DNA of 64,000 nt from an uncultured Pelagibacteraceae bacterium (GCA_902578305.1 CACHCK010000003.1:105-64104), one strand, 5' to 3'; positions 8,561 to 19,329 are shown, counted from the first letter of the stretch. Notes: generated from the sequence alone by a model not told the origin. Program-made: numbers and translations.

Positions 8561-9496
8561 TCAAGGCAGAAGATTAGACTCAAAACTATTATATAATTGT
8601 CTCAAATTTGAAACTTTTTGAATATCTTCTCTGAGATTTTTTGTGCCAGAGTCAATTGTATCTGAATTGAATTCGATAATACAGCTACTAAAGCTCTCAC
8701 GATTTTTTAAACGGGAATAGTAGTCTCTTAAATTGTCTAATTTCTCAGTGAATAGCTCAACCAGATTGACCTCATCAAGTCTGTGTAATAGTGTCATCCA
8801 GGTTATGTCTGCAATACTAAACTTATCCCCGTCAATCCAAATCTTATTCTCTAAATGACCATCTAATGATGTCAAATGTAATTTAAGATTCTCAAATGCC
8901 TTTACAGCAACTCTTTGATGTGGAGATTTTTTATTAAAGACTGAGTAGCCTAATAGTCGATATAAAGTAAAATTAAGCGCTCTAAACTTTGAAGGATGCT
9001 TTATAAAATAATTAAAAAATTTAAATAAACTAATTTTTCTAAGCATAGAAACAAACAATGGTTGAGTAAGTAACGATATGCAATTACCTGCGTACTCTTT
9101 TATTCCACTAACTGGGTCATCTCCTACTAACGAACCCTTTTTATTCCAATAGTCAACTGTTTCACTCTCCCCAAGTTTATTTGGAAAAGTTTCCATTAAA
9201 TATCTTATTTGTTCGTGAGACTCATAAATAGGCTGATTGTTATGTAATAGAACTGGTACTGTTGCTTTTGGATTAATTTTAAGAAAATCTTTTGATAAAT
9301 TTTCACAATCTTTTGTCTCAATAATATGTATATGAACAGGAAAATAATTAATTTTATATTCTTCAAGACATATTCTTACTTTACGAGAGCAAAGTGAGAA
9401 GTTGTTATGATAAAGCACCCATTCAGAATTTGAGTCTGATACTTTATATTTTTGTTTACCGATAAGATCTTTGTTTTTAGGACTCTTTTTCTTCAT
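8561..9496 (-). CDS. Glutathione S-transferase family protein (PcpC/LinD/GDAP1-like, long insertion)
   Basis: LYHNNFSLCSRKVR, INPKATVPVL, IYES, GDKFSIADI. Confidence 0.85.
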   Translation of the reverse strand: MKKKSPKNKDLIGKQKYKVSDSNSEWVLYHNNFSLCSRKVRICLEEYKINYFPVHIHIIETKDCENLSKDFLKINPKATVPVLLHNNQPIYESHEQIRYLMETFPNKLGESETVDYWNKKGSLVGDDPVSGIKEYAGNCISLLTQPLFVSMLRKISLFKFFNYFIKHPSKFRALNFTLYRLLGYSVFNKKSPHQRVAVKAFENLKLHLTSLDGHLENKIWIDGDKFSIADITWMTLLHRLDEVNLVELFTEKLDNLRDYYSRLKNRESFSSCIIEFNSDTIDSGTKNLREDIQKVSNLRQLYNSFESNLLP

Positions 9497-9848
9497 CCCA
9501 TACTTTGTTTAGCAATTGACTGGCTGAAACCGCTGTAGGAAAACCACTATAGTGAGCCACATGCAATATCATTTCTTCAATTTTTTCTTTCGTAATTCCT
9601 AAATTTTTAGCCCCTCTTAAATGAGATTTTAATTCATTCTCTCTATTAAGCGCTACCAAAACGGTGAGCGTAATCATGCTTCTTTCTTGAAGCGATAACT
9701 GCTCAGTTCGTGACCAGATTGTTCCATACAACATATCAATTATTTGCTTTAGCAAATCTTTAGAGACAGGAGTTTCATCGTTTTTAAGTAAATCCATCTT
9801 CTTCAGGATTTCTAATCCTTTTTTTCTATCTTGATCGTCTAATGGCAT
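9477..9848 (-). CDS. Carboxymuconolactone decarboxylase (CMD/PcaC-like) family protein
   Basis: YGTIWSR...ERSMITL...ELKSHLRGA...HYSGFP. Confidence 0.85.
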   Translation of the reverse strand: MPLDDQDRKKGLEILKKMDLLKNDETPVSKDLLKQIIDMLYGTIWSRTEQLSLQERSMITLTVLVALNRENELKSHLRGAKNLGITKEKIEEMILHVAHYSGFPTAVSASQLLNKVWDEEKES

Positions 9849-9878
9849 TTTTATATTTTACTCCTTAATATCAGTGTT

Positions 9879-11489
9879 TCAATTAAATTCAATTTTCTCT
9901 TTAATATTCAATAATACATTATTAATAATAGTTTCAAGACTATCGCTTTTATCAAAGTTAAATAAATCGAAAACATATTTATCAGGTCTTAAGATAATTC
10001 CAGAGCAATCAAACTTTTCACAGTAGATTTGTAAATCTTTATGAGTCTCTTCACACGCAATGTATCCCTCATAGTTTGAGTGGTCGTAATTGGGAGTTAT
10101 ATTTATGATCTTAAAATTATGACTTTTTAATAGTTCAAGATTGTCCTCTGAGATATTTTTATTACCTTCAAAATTATTTAAAATAATTCCAAAATTCTTT
10201 TTCAGTACATAATCTGTACTCATAATCCTGCCATCATGAAGACGAACATTTATCTCATTGAAGTAGTATCTCTCTATAGAAACATTCTTAATTTTTGGCA
10301 TTTTATGAGCGCCAGGTCCTAAACGGTTACCATTTAAAACAGGAAATATATTTTCTTTACCTCTTAAGTAACTTTGTGTTCTTAGCAATGCATTCCTGAT
10401 GAATGCTTTAAATTTACTTTTAGCATTAATGATGCCTCCCATTTTAATTGCCCCTCTAGTAATTCGTGCGACGTGCGGCCTTCTTTCTGATTGGTAGGTA
10501 TCTAATATTTTAGGCGAGTAAAGTCCCTTTAGTACGCCGTTAATTTTCCACAATATATTTTCAGCATCCCTACATCCAGAATTCATTCCTTGACCCATAA
10601 AAGGAGGCATTTGATGAGCAGCGTCACCGAGTAGAAAAATGTTTTCATTTTGCCATTTAACAGCATCAGCTGCATGAAATGAGTAAACTGCTGTTCTGCT
10701 AAATTCAACTTCATTATCTCCGATCCATTGGTCTATGTATTTTCTAAAAACCTCCTCTTTTTGAATTTCATCAACAGTATCACCTGGCATAAAGGCTATT
10801 TCAAATCTAAAGCAATCATCAACTCCTTGAATAATTGTTGTTGGTCGTGATGGATTGCAATATTGAATCGCATCAATATCTGTGAAACAGTCAAATTTAT
10901 TTTTAGTATACCCGTCTACCACCATCCAGGTCTCATCAGCATCTAAACTTTTAAGATCAATATTGTTGAGCTTTCGAATTGTACTATTTGCTCCATCGCA
11001 CGCCAAAAGATACTTACTGTTTGTTTTAAACTCTTCCCCGGTTTCAATATTCTTGTAGAAACAATTCACAATGCCATCTGATTGATTAACATTTAAAATT
11101 TCATAACCTGCTCTAATCGTATTCGTATTATACTTTTTTGCATTTTCTCTATGCGCTTCATCAAATTGAGGTTGATGAATGAATAGTATTGAATGTTGGT
11201 AATTATACGTATCAAACCCATCCATCGTAATTTTTAAAATTGATCTTTTTTTTGCATCTTTGTTATCAACGCCTCTAATTTTTCTCGTCTTTACATCAGT
11301 TAGAAAATTGCAATGAGTCATTGCTCGTTGGCATTCAGCATCCCATGTAATTGCTCTGGGCAAGGGGAAGGTTTCTTTTTCTTTCTCTAAGATTAACGCT
11401 TTAATGCCATAATACCCTAGCAAGTTTGCGCAAGTTTCACCCACTGGTCCATAACCTGCTACAATCACATCATATTCAGTATCACTCAC
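9879..11489 (-). CDS. FAD-dependent aromatic hydroxylase (MhpA/PcpB-like)
   Basis: GYGPVG, ACDGANS, GDAAHQMPPFMGQGMNSG, C-terminal LRPDKYV; GTG start. Confidence 0.88.
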   Translation of the reverse strand: MSDTEYDVIVAGYGPVGETCANLLGYYGIKALILEKEKETFPLPRAITWDAECQRAMTHCNFLTDVKTRKIRGVDNKDAKKRSILKITMDGFDTYNYQHSILFIHQPQFDEAHRENAKKYNTNTIRAGYEILNVNQSDGIVNCFYKNIETGEEFKTNSKYLLACDGANSTIRKLNNIDLKSLDADETWMVVDGYTKNKFDCFTDIDAIQYCNPSRPTTIIQGVDDCFRFEIAFMPGDTVDEIQKEEVFRKYIDQWIGDNEVEFSRTAVYSFHAADAVKWQNENIFLLGDAAHQMPPFMGQGMNSGCRDAENILWKINGVLKGLYSPKILDTYQSERRPHVARITRGAIKMGGIINAKSKFKAFIRNALLRTQSYLRGKENIFPVLNGNRLGPGAHKMPKIKNVSIERYYFNEINVRLHDGRIMSTDYVLKKNFGIILNNFEGNKNISEDNLELLKSHNFKIINITPNYDHSNYEGYIACEETHKDLQIYCEKFDCSGIILRPDKYVFDLFNFDKSDSLETIINNVLLNIKEKIEFN

Positions 11490-11494
11490 GCGAC

Positions 11495-12388
11495 TTAGTA
11501 TGCAGGTGTATCTTCTGGCTCTTCAATAACTTTATTGTTAATGAAGCCCAGTTTTTCAATTTCTATTTTAATTTCGTCACCTGCTTTAAGCCAATTTCTT
11601 GTCGTCACTGCAGAACCAGCCGGTGTACCAGTTGGAATTAAGTCTCCAGGTTCTAGAGTAAATGCGGTCGATAAATACTCAACTAGTGTATAACAGTCAA
11701 AAATTAAATCACTTGTTGAGGCAGATTGTCTTAATTCACCATTTACGAACGTTTCAAGTTTAAGGTCATGTGGATCGTCAACTTCATCGCTGGTCACAAT
11801 ATAAGGACCAAACGGACAATGAGTGTCCCATGACTTACCCATAGTCATTGTCATAGGAGGACCACGCATCTGCCAATCTCTGATTGTAACGTCGTTAACG
11901 ACCGTATAGCCGTAAATAACTCCAGCTGCTTTGTCATAAGGTACATGACGACATTTTTTTCCAATAATGAAACCAAGTTCGCCCTCATAATCTAAAAATT
12001 CTGAAGCACGCGGCCGATGAATATCATTGTATGGACCGTTAACGGAGCTATTTTGTTTGTTAAAAATATTAGGATATTTCTCTTGAGCTTTACCTATTGT
12101 TTTTGCAGCTGTTTGCGCAACTTCATCCTTATGTTCTTTATAGTTCAATCCAACTGCAAGAATTTTACTTGGTTTAATAATAGGAGCTTCTAAATGTACT
12201 TTGCTTAACTCAATTTTATTTTCACTATTATCAATAAGGTTTTTTGCTGTATCTAGACCCTGTTCTCCAAGAGCGATAAAATCTATCATGTTGATGGGTA
12301 ATGAACTATTTGAAAAATCCACTATATGGTCTCCATTTATTGCGCCTATGGATGTAGTGCCATTAAATGTAAAAGTAACTAATTTCAT
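11495..12388 (-). CDS. Fumarylacetoacetate hydrolase family protein
   Basis: VGLNY, LDYEGEL, NDVTIRD, GKSWDT, TGTPAG. Confidence 0.92.
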   Translation of the reverse strand: MKLVTFTFNGTTSIGAINGDHIVDFSNSSLPINMIDFIALGEQGLDTAKNLIDNSENKIELSKVHLEAPIIKPSKILAVGLNYKEHKDEVAQTAAKTIGKAQEKYPNIFNKQNSSVNGPYNDIHRPRASEFLDYEGELGFIIGKKCRHVPYDKAAGVIYGYTVVNDVTIRDWQMRGPPMTMTMGKSWDTHCPFGPYIVTSDEVDDPHDLKLETFVNGELRQSASTSDLIFDCYTLVEYLSTAFTLEPGDLIPTGTPAGSAVTTRNWLKAGDEIKIEIEKLGFINNKVIEEPEDTPAY

Positions 12389-12462
12389 AAAACTAAATCA
12401 ATAAATATCTAAAAGCTGGATTTGTAACAAGTTTAAATAATGTATATTATTTTATCATATAT

Positions 12463-14166
12463 ATGAAGAAATCTATATCAAGACGCTCTTTTATTAAAAA
12501 GTCTGCAGCCTCAATTGCTTTAGGCGGTCTTGCATCTATCTTACATTTTCAAAATGCGCCAGCCTATATTAAGCCTAAGAATTATAATATTTTATTAATA
12601 TTAAATGATCAGGAGAGGGCATGGCCATATATTCCAAAAAGCATTGATTTGCCAGCGCGCAGGTACTTGGAGAGTGTCTCAACCTATTTCAATAGATCCT
12701 ATACCTCAACACCAATATGTTCACCTGCACGTAGCTCTGTTTATACTGGGCAGCATGTTCAATTCACTGGTGTATGGGATAATACGGTAACCCCTTGGGT
12801 TCCAGGTTTATACGATAATGTAAATACAATAGGCCATCTTTTAAAAAATCAAGACTACGAAACAGGTTATTTTGGCAAATGGCACTTAACAAATATTACT
12901 GAAAGTAACGTAAATGAAAATGCTCTCGGATATGAAGGCATGAAAAAAATGTTTTCAAAATATGGTTTTGATAATTCAGATCAACCAGGTGAGCGTGATT
13001 TAGGGCAGGGAGGTTTTAAATTTGATGGCTTGACTGCTGAGTCTGCATCAAATTTTATCAGAGATAAAAAAGGAAATGAAAAGCCTTGGTCTGTATTTGT
13101 AAATTTTGTCAATCCTCACGATATAATGTTTTTCAGGGCATCTTCTGAAATATTGGGTACAGGATTTGTTGGTGAAAATCAAAAATTTGCACCAGATGAT
13201 CCATTATATAAAAAAGAACACGATTTTGATTTTCCTAAAAATTTCGGTCCAAGATTAATAGGCACAGATGACTTTGGAACTGAGATCATGAATACGGTGT
13301 ATGGTGAAATCTCATACGATCGACCAGATTTATGGAGAAATTTTTGTAATTACTATTTCAACTGCTTACGTGATGTTGATAGGCGTATGATGAAACTTAT
13401 TCATTCTCTTGAGGAGACTGCTCAAATGGATAACACAATTATCTTTATGATCTCTGATCATGGAGAAATGCTTGGACAACAGGGGTCGCGCGGAAAAATA
13501 GTTTCTTGGGAAGAGTCTATCAGAGTTCCTACTCTTGTTTACCACCCAGATCTGAAAGATAAAAAATTGTGTAACTCAGTAATATCAAATATTGATATTG
13601 TTCCGACATTATTAGAATTTACAGGTCTTAGTAAATCTGAACTTAGAGATAAGCACCCTGAATTAAAAGGTAACAGCTATGCGGAGTTGGTTGAAAATGT
13701 CAACTACGACAATATACGTGATAAAGAAGGCCATCTAATTCATGGAGTTCAAATTATACCTGCGGTTTTTGAGGTCGCTGAAAAATTTCGACTTACTGGA
13801 CTTGCTGAAGGTTTTTATGAAAAAACAAAAGCATTTATGACTAGGGGCAATTTTTTGCCAGATTTTGCACCGCCCCTTAATTACAAAGGCGTTGTGGACA
13901 AAAAGTATAAATTTTTAAGATTTTTTTCACCTCGTCAAAATAACATACCGTCAAACTTTGATGAATTGACTAAATACAATTCAGACTATCAATTATATGA
14001 TTTAGAAAAAGATCCATTTGAAATGAATGATTTGGCAAAAGATGAAAATAATAGAAAATTACTAATGTCTATGAATGATAAATGCAATAGACTTGCAGAC
14101 AAAGAAATTGGTTTGGAAAATCATGTCATTCACTTACCTGGCCCCGATTGGTTTTGGACTGTTTAA
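12463..14166 (+). CDS. Tat-exported formylglycine-dependent sulfatase
   Basis: SRRSFIKK Tat motif, NILLILNDQ, CSPARSS (CxPxR), GKWHL, NPHD, SDHG. Confidence 0.9.
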   Translation: MKKSISRRSFIKKSAASIALGGLASILHFQNAPAYIKPKNYNILLILNDQERAWPYIPKSIDLPARRYLESVSTYFNRSYTSTPICSPARSSVYTGQHVQFTGVWDNTVTPWVPGLYDNVNTIGHLLKNQDYETGYFGKWHLTNITESNVNENALGYEGMKKMFSKYGFDNSDQPGERDLGQGGFKFDGLTAESASNFIRDKKGNEKPWSVFVNFVNPHDIMFFRASSEILGTGFVGENQKFAPDDPLYKKEHDFDFPKNFGPRLIGTDDFGTEIMNTVYGEISYDRPDLWRNFCNYYFNCLRDVDRRMMKLIHSLEETAQMDNTIIFMISDHGEMLGQQGSRGKIVSWEESIRVPTLVYHPDLKDKKLCNSVISNIDIVPTLLEFTGLSKSELRDKHPELKGNSYAELVENVNYDNIRDKEGHLIHGVQIIPAVFEVAEKFRLTGLAEGFYEKTKAFMTRGNFLPDFAPPLNYKGVVDKKYKFLRFFSPRQNNIPSNFDELTKYNSDYQLYDLEKDPFEMNDLAKDENNRKLLMSMNDKCNRLADKEIGLENHVIHLPGPDWFWTV

Positions 14167-14169
14167 TAT

Positions 14170-14862
14170 ATGAAAGATAATGTAATATTAAATTTTGATT
14201 TATATAAAAAATATAAATCAGAACATGCCCCAGACAGTTTTCATCATGTTGCTTTTAAAACTCAAAATTATGATGCAATGGTCGAATTTTATGAAAAACT
14301 TTTTGGTTGTAAGCCAATGTACAAAAGCAATGATATTGCTTTTTTGGCTTTTGATGAGGAGCATCATCGTATTGCAATTGCAAACACTGAACCAGGAGTA
14401 AAGAAATTAGGATTTATTTCGAAGATTATATTAGCATTTAGAAATTGGCTTAATAAAAATATTCCAACAACTATTGGGCTGGATCATATCTCTTATTGTC
14501 TTAACCCAATCGATAAATGGTTTGATTTTTATCATAAGGCAAAAGATAGAGGTCTTGAGCCTTACTGGACAATCAATCATGGATGGATAACGGGCATGTA
14601 TTACAAAGATCCAGACGGTAATCTTGTAGAACTATTTTTTGAGCATTGGACAAATGATGAAGAATATAAAAATGAAATTTCTGCTAGAGGTTTTCCTGAA
14701 GAGCCAGTAGGTACGAATATGGATATCGATATACTCTATCAAATGTACAAAAACGGTGAATCACTAAAAAATTTAACAAAAAAAGGAAACACAGTTCCAG
14801 AGGGTAAGAAGCCAGTTGCGGGAATTCAGGCCGCTATCAATATGCGTAAAAAATTTAAATAA
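14170..14862 (+). CDS. VOC/glyoxalase-superfamily protein, extradiol dioxygenase-like
   Basis: [37 protein letters not shown]. Confidence 0.8.
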   Translation: MKDNVILNFDLYKKYKSEHAPDSFHHVAFKTQNYDAMVEFYEKLFGCKPMYKSNDIAFLAFDEEHHRIAIANTEPGVKKLGFISKIILAFRNWLNKNIPTTIGLDHISYCLNPIDKWFDFYHKAKDRGLEPYWTINHGWITGMYYKDPDGNLVELFFEHWTNDEEYKNEISARGFPEEPVGTNMDIDILYQMYKNGESLKNLTKKGNTVPEGKKPVAGIQAAINMRKKFK

Positions 14863-14866
14863 TTAT

Positions 14867-15382
14867 ATGGATCTTTATGATCAAAATCTTATTCCAAGAA
14901 TAATATTTACTGTCATATCAGTTGTATTAACTATAGGACCCACTATTGCTGATTTTAATAAAACGCATGCAACTCATCCTGATTGGACAGGGCACGCTCG
15001 CTTTCATGTGGTTTGGCAAGTCTTAGGTTTTTATCCGATAATGATATTAAATTTAATTGTTCTATGGATCAATATTTCAAACTTTTACTATCCATATCAG
15101 TTATTCTTTTGGCTTTTCTGGTATGTTGGCTTTGTAGGTTCTTTTTTGATTACATTATTGAGCATGCCATTATTTAAAGGCAAATTGTCTGACCCTGGAG
15201 GAAGAACACCTTTTTTGTATACATTCGGAAGGAAATTTAAATTTTTACCTGGTAAGGATAAACACTTACCCTTCAAGATAAATGGAGAAGTGAAGACCTA
15301 CAAAGTAGATGAAAACTTGCACAATTTAGTTCTACCTTCAATAATTGTCATTATAACTTCTATTTATTTTATAGTTCTATAA
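14867..15382 (+). CDS. Membrane protein (DUF6640-like)
   Basis: [24 protein letters not shown] plus TM helices; start moved to ATG 14867. Confidence 0.65.
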   Translation: MDLYDQNLIPRIIFTVISVVLTIGPTIADFNKTHATHPDWTGHARFHVVWQVLGFYPIMILNLIVLWINISNFYYPYQLFFWLFWYVGFVGSFLITLLSMPLFKGKLSDPGGRTPFLYTFGRKFKFLPGKDKHLPFKINGEVKTYKVDENLHNLVLPSIIVIITSIYFIVL

Positions 15383-15394
15383 AAGAGCATATTC

Positions 15395-16015
15395 ATGATT
15401 GAATATTTTTTTCCATTATTATTGTTATGCGTCATTCAATCTGGCACTCCAGGCCCAAACAATATCATGCTTACAGCTTCAGGAAAAAACTTTGGTTATG
15501 TAAAAACAATTCCTCATATGGCAGGTGTTGTCTTTGGGTTTTTAACTTTATTAATTGTGATGGGATTGGGATTAATATCTATTTTTACGAGCTACCCAAT
15601 AGCACAAACCATTTTGCAAATACTAGGCTCGCTATATTTACTGTACTTGTCTTATAGAATTTATTTTACTTATAGTTCTGATGATGACGATCGATCAAAG
15701 CCAATAACATTTATAGAGTCATCTCTTTTTCAATATGTAAATCCAAAGGGTGTTATGATGGCAATAACGACTATTTCTATTTATACGGACTATAAAAACT
15801 TTCAGTTTATAGACAGTTTTCTTGAAGGAATGGTTTTTGTACTCTTGGGATTTACCATATCTAATACTTTTTCAGTTCTCACGTGGACATCAGTCGGAGT
15901 TTTTTTAAATAATTTCATAAAGTCGAAGGCTGCAATTAGAAGTTTTAATGGCTTAATGGCAACTTTACTTGTTTTAACAGTTATATGGATTAATTATGAG
16001 TTTTATGGATCTTAG
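15395..16015 (+). CDS. LysE/RhtB family exporter
   Basis: TPGPNN, YLLYLSY, FQYVNPKG. Confidence 0.9.
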   Translation: MIEYFFPLLLLCVIQSGTPGPNNIMLTASGKNFGYVKTIPHMAGVVFGFLTLLIVMGLGLISIFTSYPIAQTILQILGSLYLLYLSYRIYFTYSSDDDDRSKPITFIESSLFQYVNPKGVMMAITTISIYTDYKNFQFIDSFLEGMVFVLLGFTISNTFSVLTWTSVGVFLNNFIKSKAAIRSFNGLMATLLVLTVIWINYEFYGS

Positions 16016-16598
16016 TAGAAAATTAATAACTTATTTAGTTTTAGGACACTGCTTTATCATTGCTATATCAAATTATTTAGTGCAATTTCCAGTAAATATA
16101 TTTGGTTTGGATTATACAATCGGTACATTCACTTTCCCAATTATTGTTTTGGCGACAGATTTAACTGTACGACTTTCAAATGCAAGAAATGCACGTAAAG
16201 TTATTGGCTTTGCTTTCGTGCCCGCTTTCATAATTTCATATATATTTGCTGACTTTAGAATAGCTATTGCGTCTGTTTTAGCTTATTCAATTGGGCAGTT
16301 ACTTGATGTGCTTGTATTCTCAAAAGTAAGGGACAGAGTAGGTGATGATGGGTTAAATTTGAGTTCTTATTGGTATCTTGCGCCAGTTGTAAGTACCTTT
16401 TTTGCTCAACTAATTGATACATATCTATTTTATGGTGTTGCATTCTATAATTCTACAGATGACTTCATGCGCAATAATTGGGATCTGATAGCATTTAATG
16501 ATTTCATTCTAAAGTTAGTGGTTTGCTATCTAGCATTTTTACCAATTTATGTTTTAATTCTTAATAGAACTTTTAATTATATAAGAACACGCACTTAG
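16005..16598 (+). CDS. yhhQ: Queuosine precursor transporter (YhhQ/VUT family)
   Basis: IIAISNYLVQFP, TFTFP...ATDLTVR, RIAIAS..AY..GQLLDV; start may be 15996 or 16005. Confidence 0.85.
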   Translation: MDLSRKLITYLVLGHCFIIAISNYLVQFPVNIFGLDYTIGTFTFPIIVLATDLTVRLSNARNARKVIGFAFVPAFIISYIFADFRIAIASVLAYSIGQLLDVLVFSKVRDRVGDDGLNLSSYWYLAPVVSTFFAQLIDTYLFYGVAFYNSTDDFMRNNWDLIAFNDFILKLVVCYLAFLPIYVLILNRTFNYIRTRT

Positions 16599-16602
16599 AA
16601 TA

Positions 16603-17565
16603 ATGATATTTACTTCTATTACACCTGAAGCTTTTGATCATAAAAATATCCCAAATGACATTCATGAAATGAATGATCATATAAAAAACTTACTAGTCAA
16701 CGCACCTCCATCACATGAAATACCATTTGAGGTTTTGCAAGATATAAGAAGACAAGGGGGTGGATTACTCGCGTTTCAACCATACTCTGATCGTGCTGAA
16801 AATAGACAAGTGGGTGATGGTGACCAGAAAGTAACAATACGAATATTTAATCATGATAGTCCTGATTTTATCTATATGCATATTCATGGTGGCGGTCACT
16901 GTATCGGCGCTGCAGATATGCAAGACCAATCTTTGGAAAAAGTTTCAAAAGAGCTAAATTGCGTTGTTGTAAGCGTGGAATATCGTCTTGCGCCAACCAA
17001 TCCTTATCCTGCCGCTCCAGATGATTGTGAAACAGCCGCTACTTGGTTGATAGAAAATTCAAAAAAGGAATTCAATACTGAAAAGATTATAATTGGTGGC
17101 GAGTCGGCTGGCGCCAACTTATCAGCAGTTACATTGTTGAGATTGAAGAGTAAAGGGCTACTAGATACTATCAAAGGAGCAAACCTTATTTATGGATCTT
17201 ATGATGCTCGTCTAACTCCAAGCGCAATCAGACAAGAAGATTCTGATGAGATTTTCTTATTATCATATGCCATGATTAGAAAATTTAGGGACTCATATTT
17301 TCAGGGAGATGTAGACAAAAGTTTACCAGATGTTTCTCCTATACAAGGTGATTTAAGTGGGATGCCTCCAGCACTATTTACAGTCGGAACAAGAGATTTA
17401 TTGCTTGACGATTCATTATTTATGTTTGGTCGATGGCTAAGTTATGGTTCTAATGCTGAGATTATAATTGTACCTGGAGCAGATCATGCTTTTAATGCAT
17501 TTCCATCAGAAACAACTACCTTGGTTGAAAATAAGATTAACGAGTTCTTGCAATCAGTTCTTTAA
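16603..17565 (+). CDS. Hormone-sensitive-lipase family alpha/beta hydrolase
   Basis: HGGG, VEYRLAP, GESAG, catalytic D and H (DLLLDDS, GADHAF). Confidence 0.9.
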   Translation: MIFTSITPEAFDHKNIPNDIHEMNDHIKNLLVNAPPSHEIPFEVLQDIRRQGGGLLAFQPYSDRAENRQVGDGDQKVTIRIFNHDSPDFIYMHIHGGGHCIGAADMQDQSLEKVSKELNCVVVSVEYRLAPTNPYPAAPDDCETAATWLIENSKKEFNTEKIIIGGESAGANLSAVTLLRLKSKGLLDTIKGANLIYGSYDARLTPSAIRQEDSDEIFLLSYAMIRKFRDSYFQGDVDKSLPDVSPIQGDLSGMPPALFTVGTRDLLLDDSLFMFGRWLSYGSNAEIIIVPGADHAFNAFPSETTTLVENKINEFLQSVL

Positions 17566-18399
17566 ATTACTGAGATAGTTTTCAGCTACACGTTGCCCTA
17601 GGTTGTAATCAGCTTTTAAAATATCAACATTTTTAGAATCTCTTTTTGATTTAAGTCTTGTTGGCGGACATAATTGCATTACTTCACAATCTGAAGGAGG
17701 GTTTTGTATGAAATCTAAAGCAGCGTTGTAAGTTTTGTCATGCTTAAGCAGAGCTTTTCTAAGTTCAGGGTATTCTTTAGAAAAAAATGCTCCAATATAA
17801 TTTTCAAGTTTTAATTTTCTCTTAAATTTTTCTTCATAGGTTCTGATAACTATGATGCGTTTGGCGCCGAGCTCATAAGCCTTTCTGACAGGCAGAGGAT
17901 CGGCTACGCCACCATCAAATTTACGACGTCCGTCTATCATACTGGGTGTTCTTACTAGTACAGGCAAAGTTCCAGATGCTATCATTTTAGGCATCCATTC
18001 ATCGTCTCCAAATTCATGATATTCAGCTTGAGCACTAAGAGCATCAGTCACAACCGCAATGTATTTTTTGCCTTGAACAGTTTTTCTAATTTTTTCCATA
18101 TTAGGCTTGAACATTTTCTCGCCGTCTTCGTACATTTTATGAAATTTGATTATGTCGCCACCTGTGAAGATATTTTTATAATCTAAGTAATCTCCTCGCG
18201 CAGCATAAAGCATCTTTTCTAAATTATTGTCAGTTTCTCTAATGAGGTACCAGCAAAGAACCGCAACACCATTTGATACTCCAATATAAATATCGAATGG
18301 GTCGTATTTTCTTTTTATAAATGTATCGGTGATTCCAAAAGAAAATACTCCTCTTTGTCCACCACCTTCAACAATTAGAGCTGTTTTTTTATTTTCCAT
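17554..18399 (-). CDS. Patatin-like phospholipase
   Basis: EGGGQRG, GVSNG, DGG; start moved to MENKK. Confidence 0.88.
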   Translation of the reverse strand: MENKKTALIVEGGGQRGVFSFGITDTFIKRKYDPFDIYIGVSNGVAVLCWYLIRETDNNLEKMLYAARGDYLDYKNIFTGGDIIKFHKMYEDGEKMFKPNMEKIRKTVQGKKYIAVVTDALSAQAEYHEFGDDEWMPKMIASGTLPVLVRTPSMIDGRRKFDGGVADPLPVRKAYELGAKRIIVIRTYEEKFKRKLKLENYIGAFFSKEYPELRKALLKHDKTYNAALDFIQNPPSDCEVMQLCPPTRLKSKRDSKNVDILKADYNLGQRVAENYLSNLKN

Positions 18400-18435
18400 G
18401 ATACAATAAATTAGTAAGGATATATAAGAAATCAA

Positions 18436-19191
18436 ATGTGTTCGATAGTAATTTTAAAACAAACTGACTCTGAGTGGCCCATTATAATTGGAGCCAATCG
18501 AGATGAAATGAGTAATCGAGACGCTTTGCCACCTGGTCGTCATTGGGACGACAGACCGCATATTTTTGCAGGCAAGGACATGACGGCGGGCGGTACCTGG
18601 ATAGGAATTAATGACTTTGGTGTCGTTGCTGCAATTATGAATAGAATGAACAGTCTTGGACCTATGGATAATAAAAGAAGTAGAGGAGAATTGGTTCTTG
18701 ATGCACTAGATCATGCAGATGCATCTGAGTCATTAAATGCAATAATTGAAATCGAAAAAGACTCATACAGAGGTTTTAATATGTTTATTGCAGATAATTT
18801 AAATGCATATTGGATTAAGTCAGATGAAAAAAATTCTGTAATTGAATACTTCAATATACCTGATGGCTTATCAATTATAACTGCTTACGATCGAAATGAT
18901 TTAAATTCTAAGCGTATAAAAACTTATTTATCAAAGTTTGCTTTATCGTCTGATCCAAAACCAGGAAGAGATGAATGGCAGGACTGGGAAATGTTATTGG
19001 GCAGCACATATTCTGATAACAACGATCCTTTGTCAGCAATGTGTGTGAAAACAGACATGGGTTTTCAAACTGTATCTTCCACTCTTATCGCTCTTCCAAG
19101 TTTTCAGCCAAAGATGGGATCGGCAAAGCCTGTTTACAAATTTGCCAATGGCTCACCAGACTCAGCAAGTTTTATGGAAATGGATATTTGA
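18436..19191 (+). CDS. NRDE/TANGO2 family protein
   Basis: MC N-terminus, ANRDE, GGTWIG, SRGEL. Confidence 0.9.
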   Translation: MCSIVILKQTDSEWPIIIGANRDEMSNRDALPPGRHWDDRPHIFAGKDMTAGGTWIGINDFGVVAAIMNRMNSLGPMDNKRSRGELVLDALDHADASESLNAIIEIEKDSYRGFNMFIADNLNAYWIKSDEKNSVIEYFNIPDGLSIITAYDRNDLNSKRIKTYLSKFALSSDPKPGRDEWQDWEMLLGSTYSDNNDPLSAMCVKTDMGFQTVSSTLIALPSFQPKMGSAKPVYKFANGSPDSASFMEMDI

Positions 19192-19329
19192 ATTCTATAA
19201 TTGCTCTTTAAATTATTGATTTCTATATACTATTTTTCTTAGAAATTACAAAACAAGCTCATATTTAGTATTGTTAGATGATTATGAATTATTATAATCT
19301 TCAATCTTATTAATAATTGGAGCTTTTAA

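Noticed and set aside
15960-16015. preQ1 riboswitch upstream of yhhQ
   Set aside because: yhhQ overlaps the lysE-family gene; there is no leader and no recognisable aptamer
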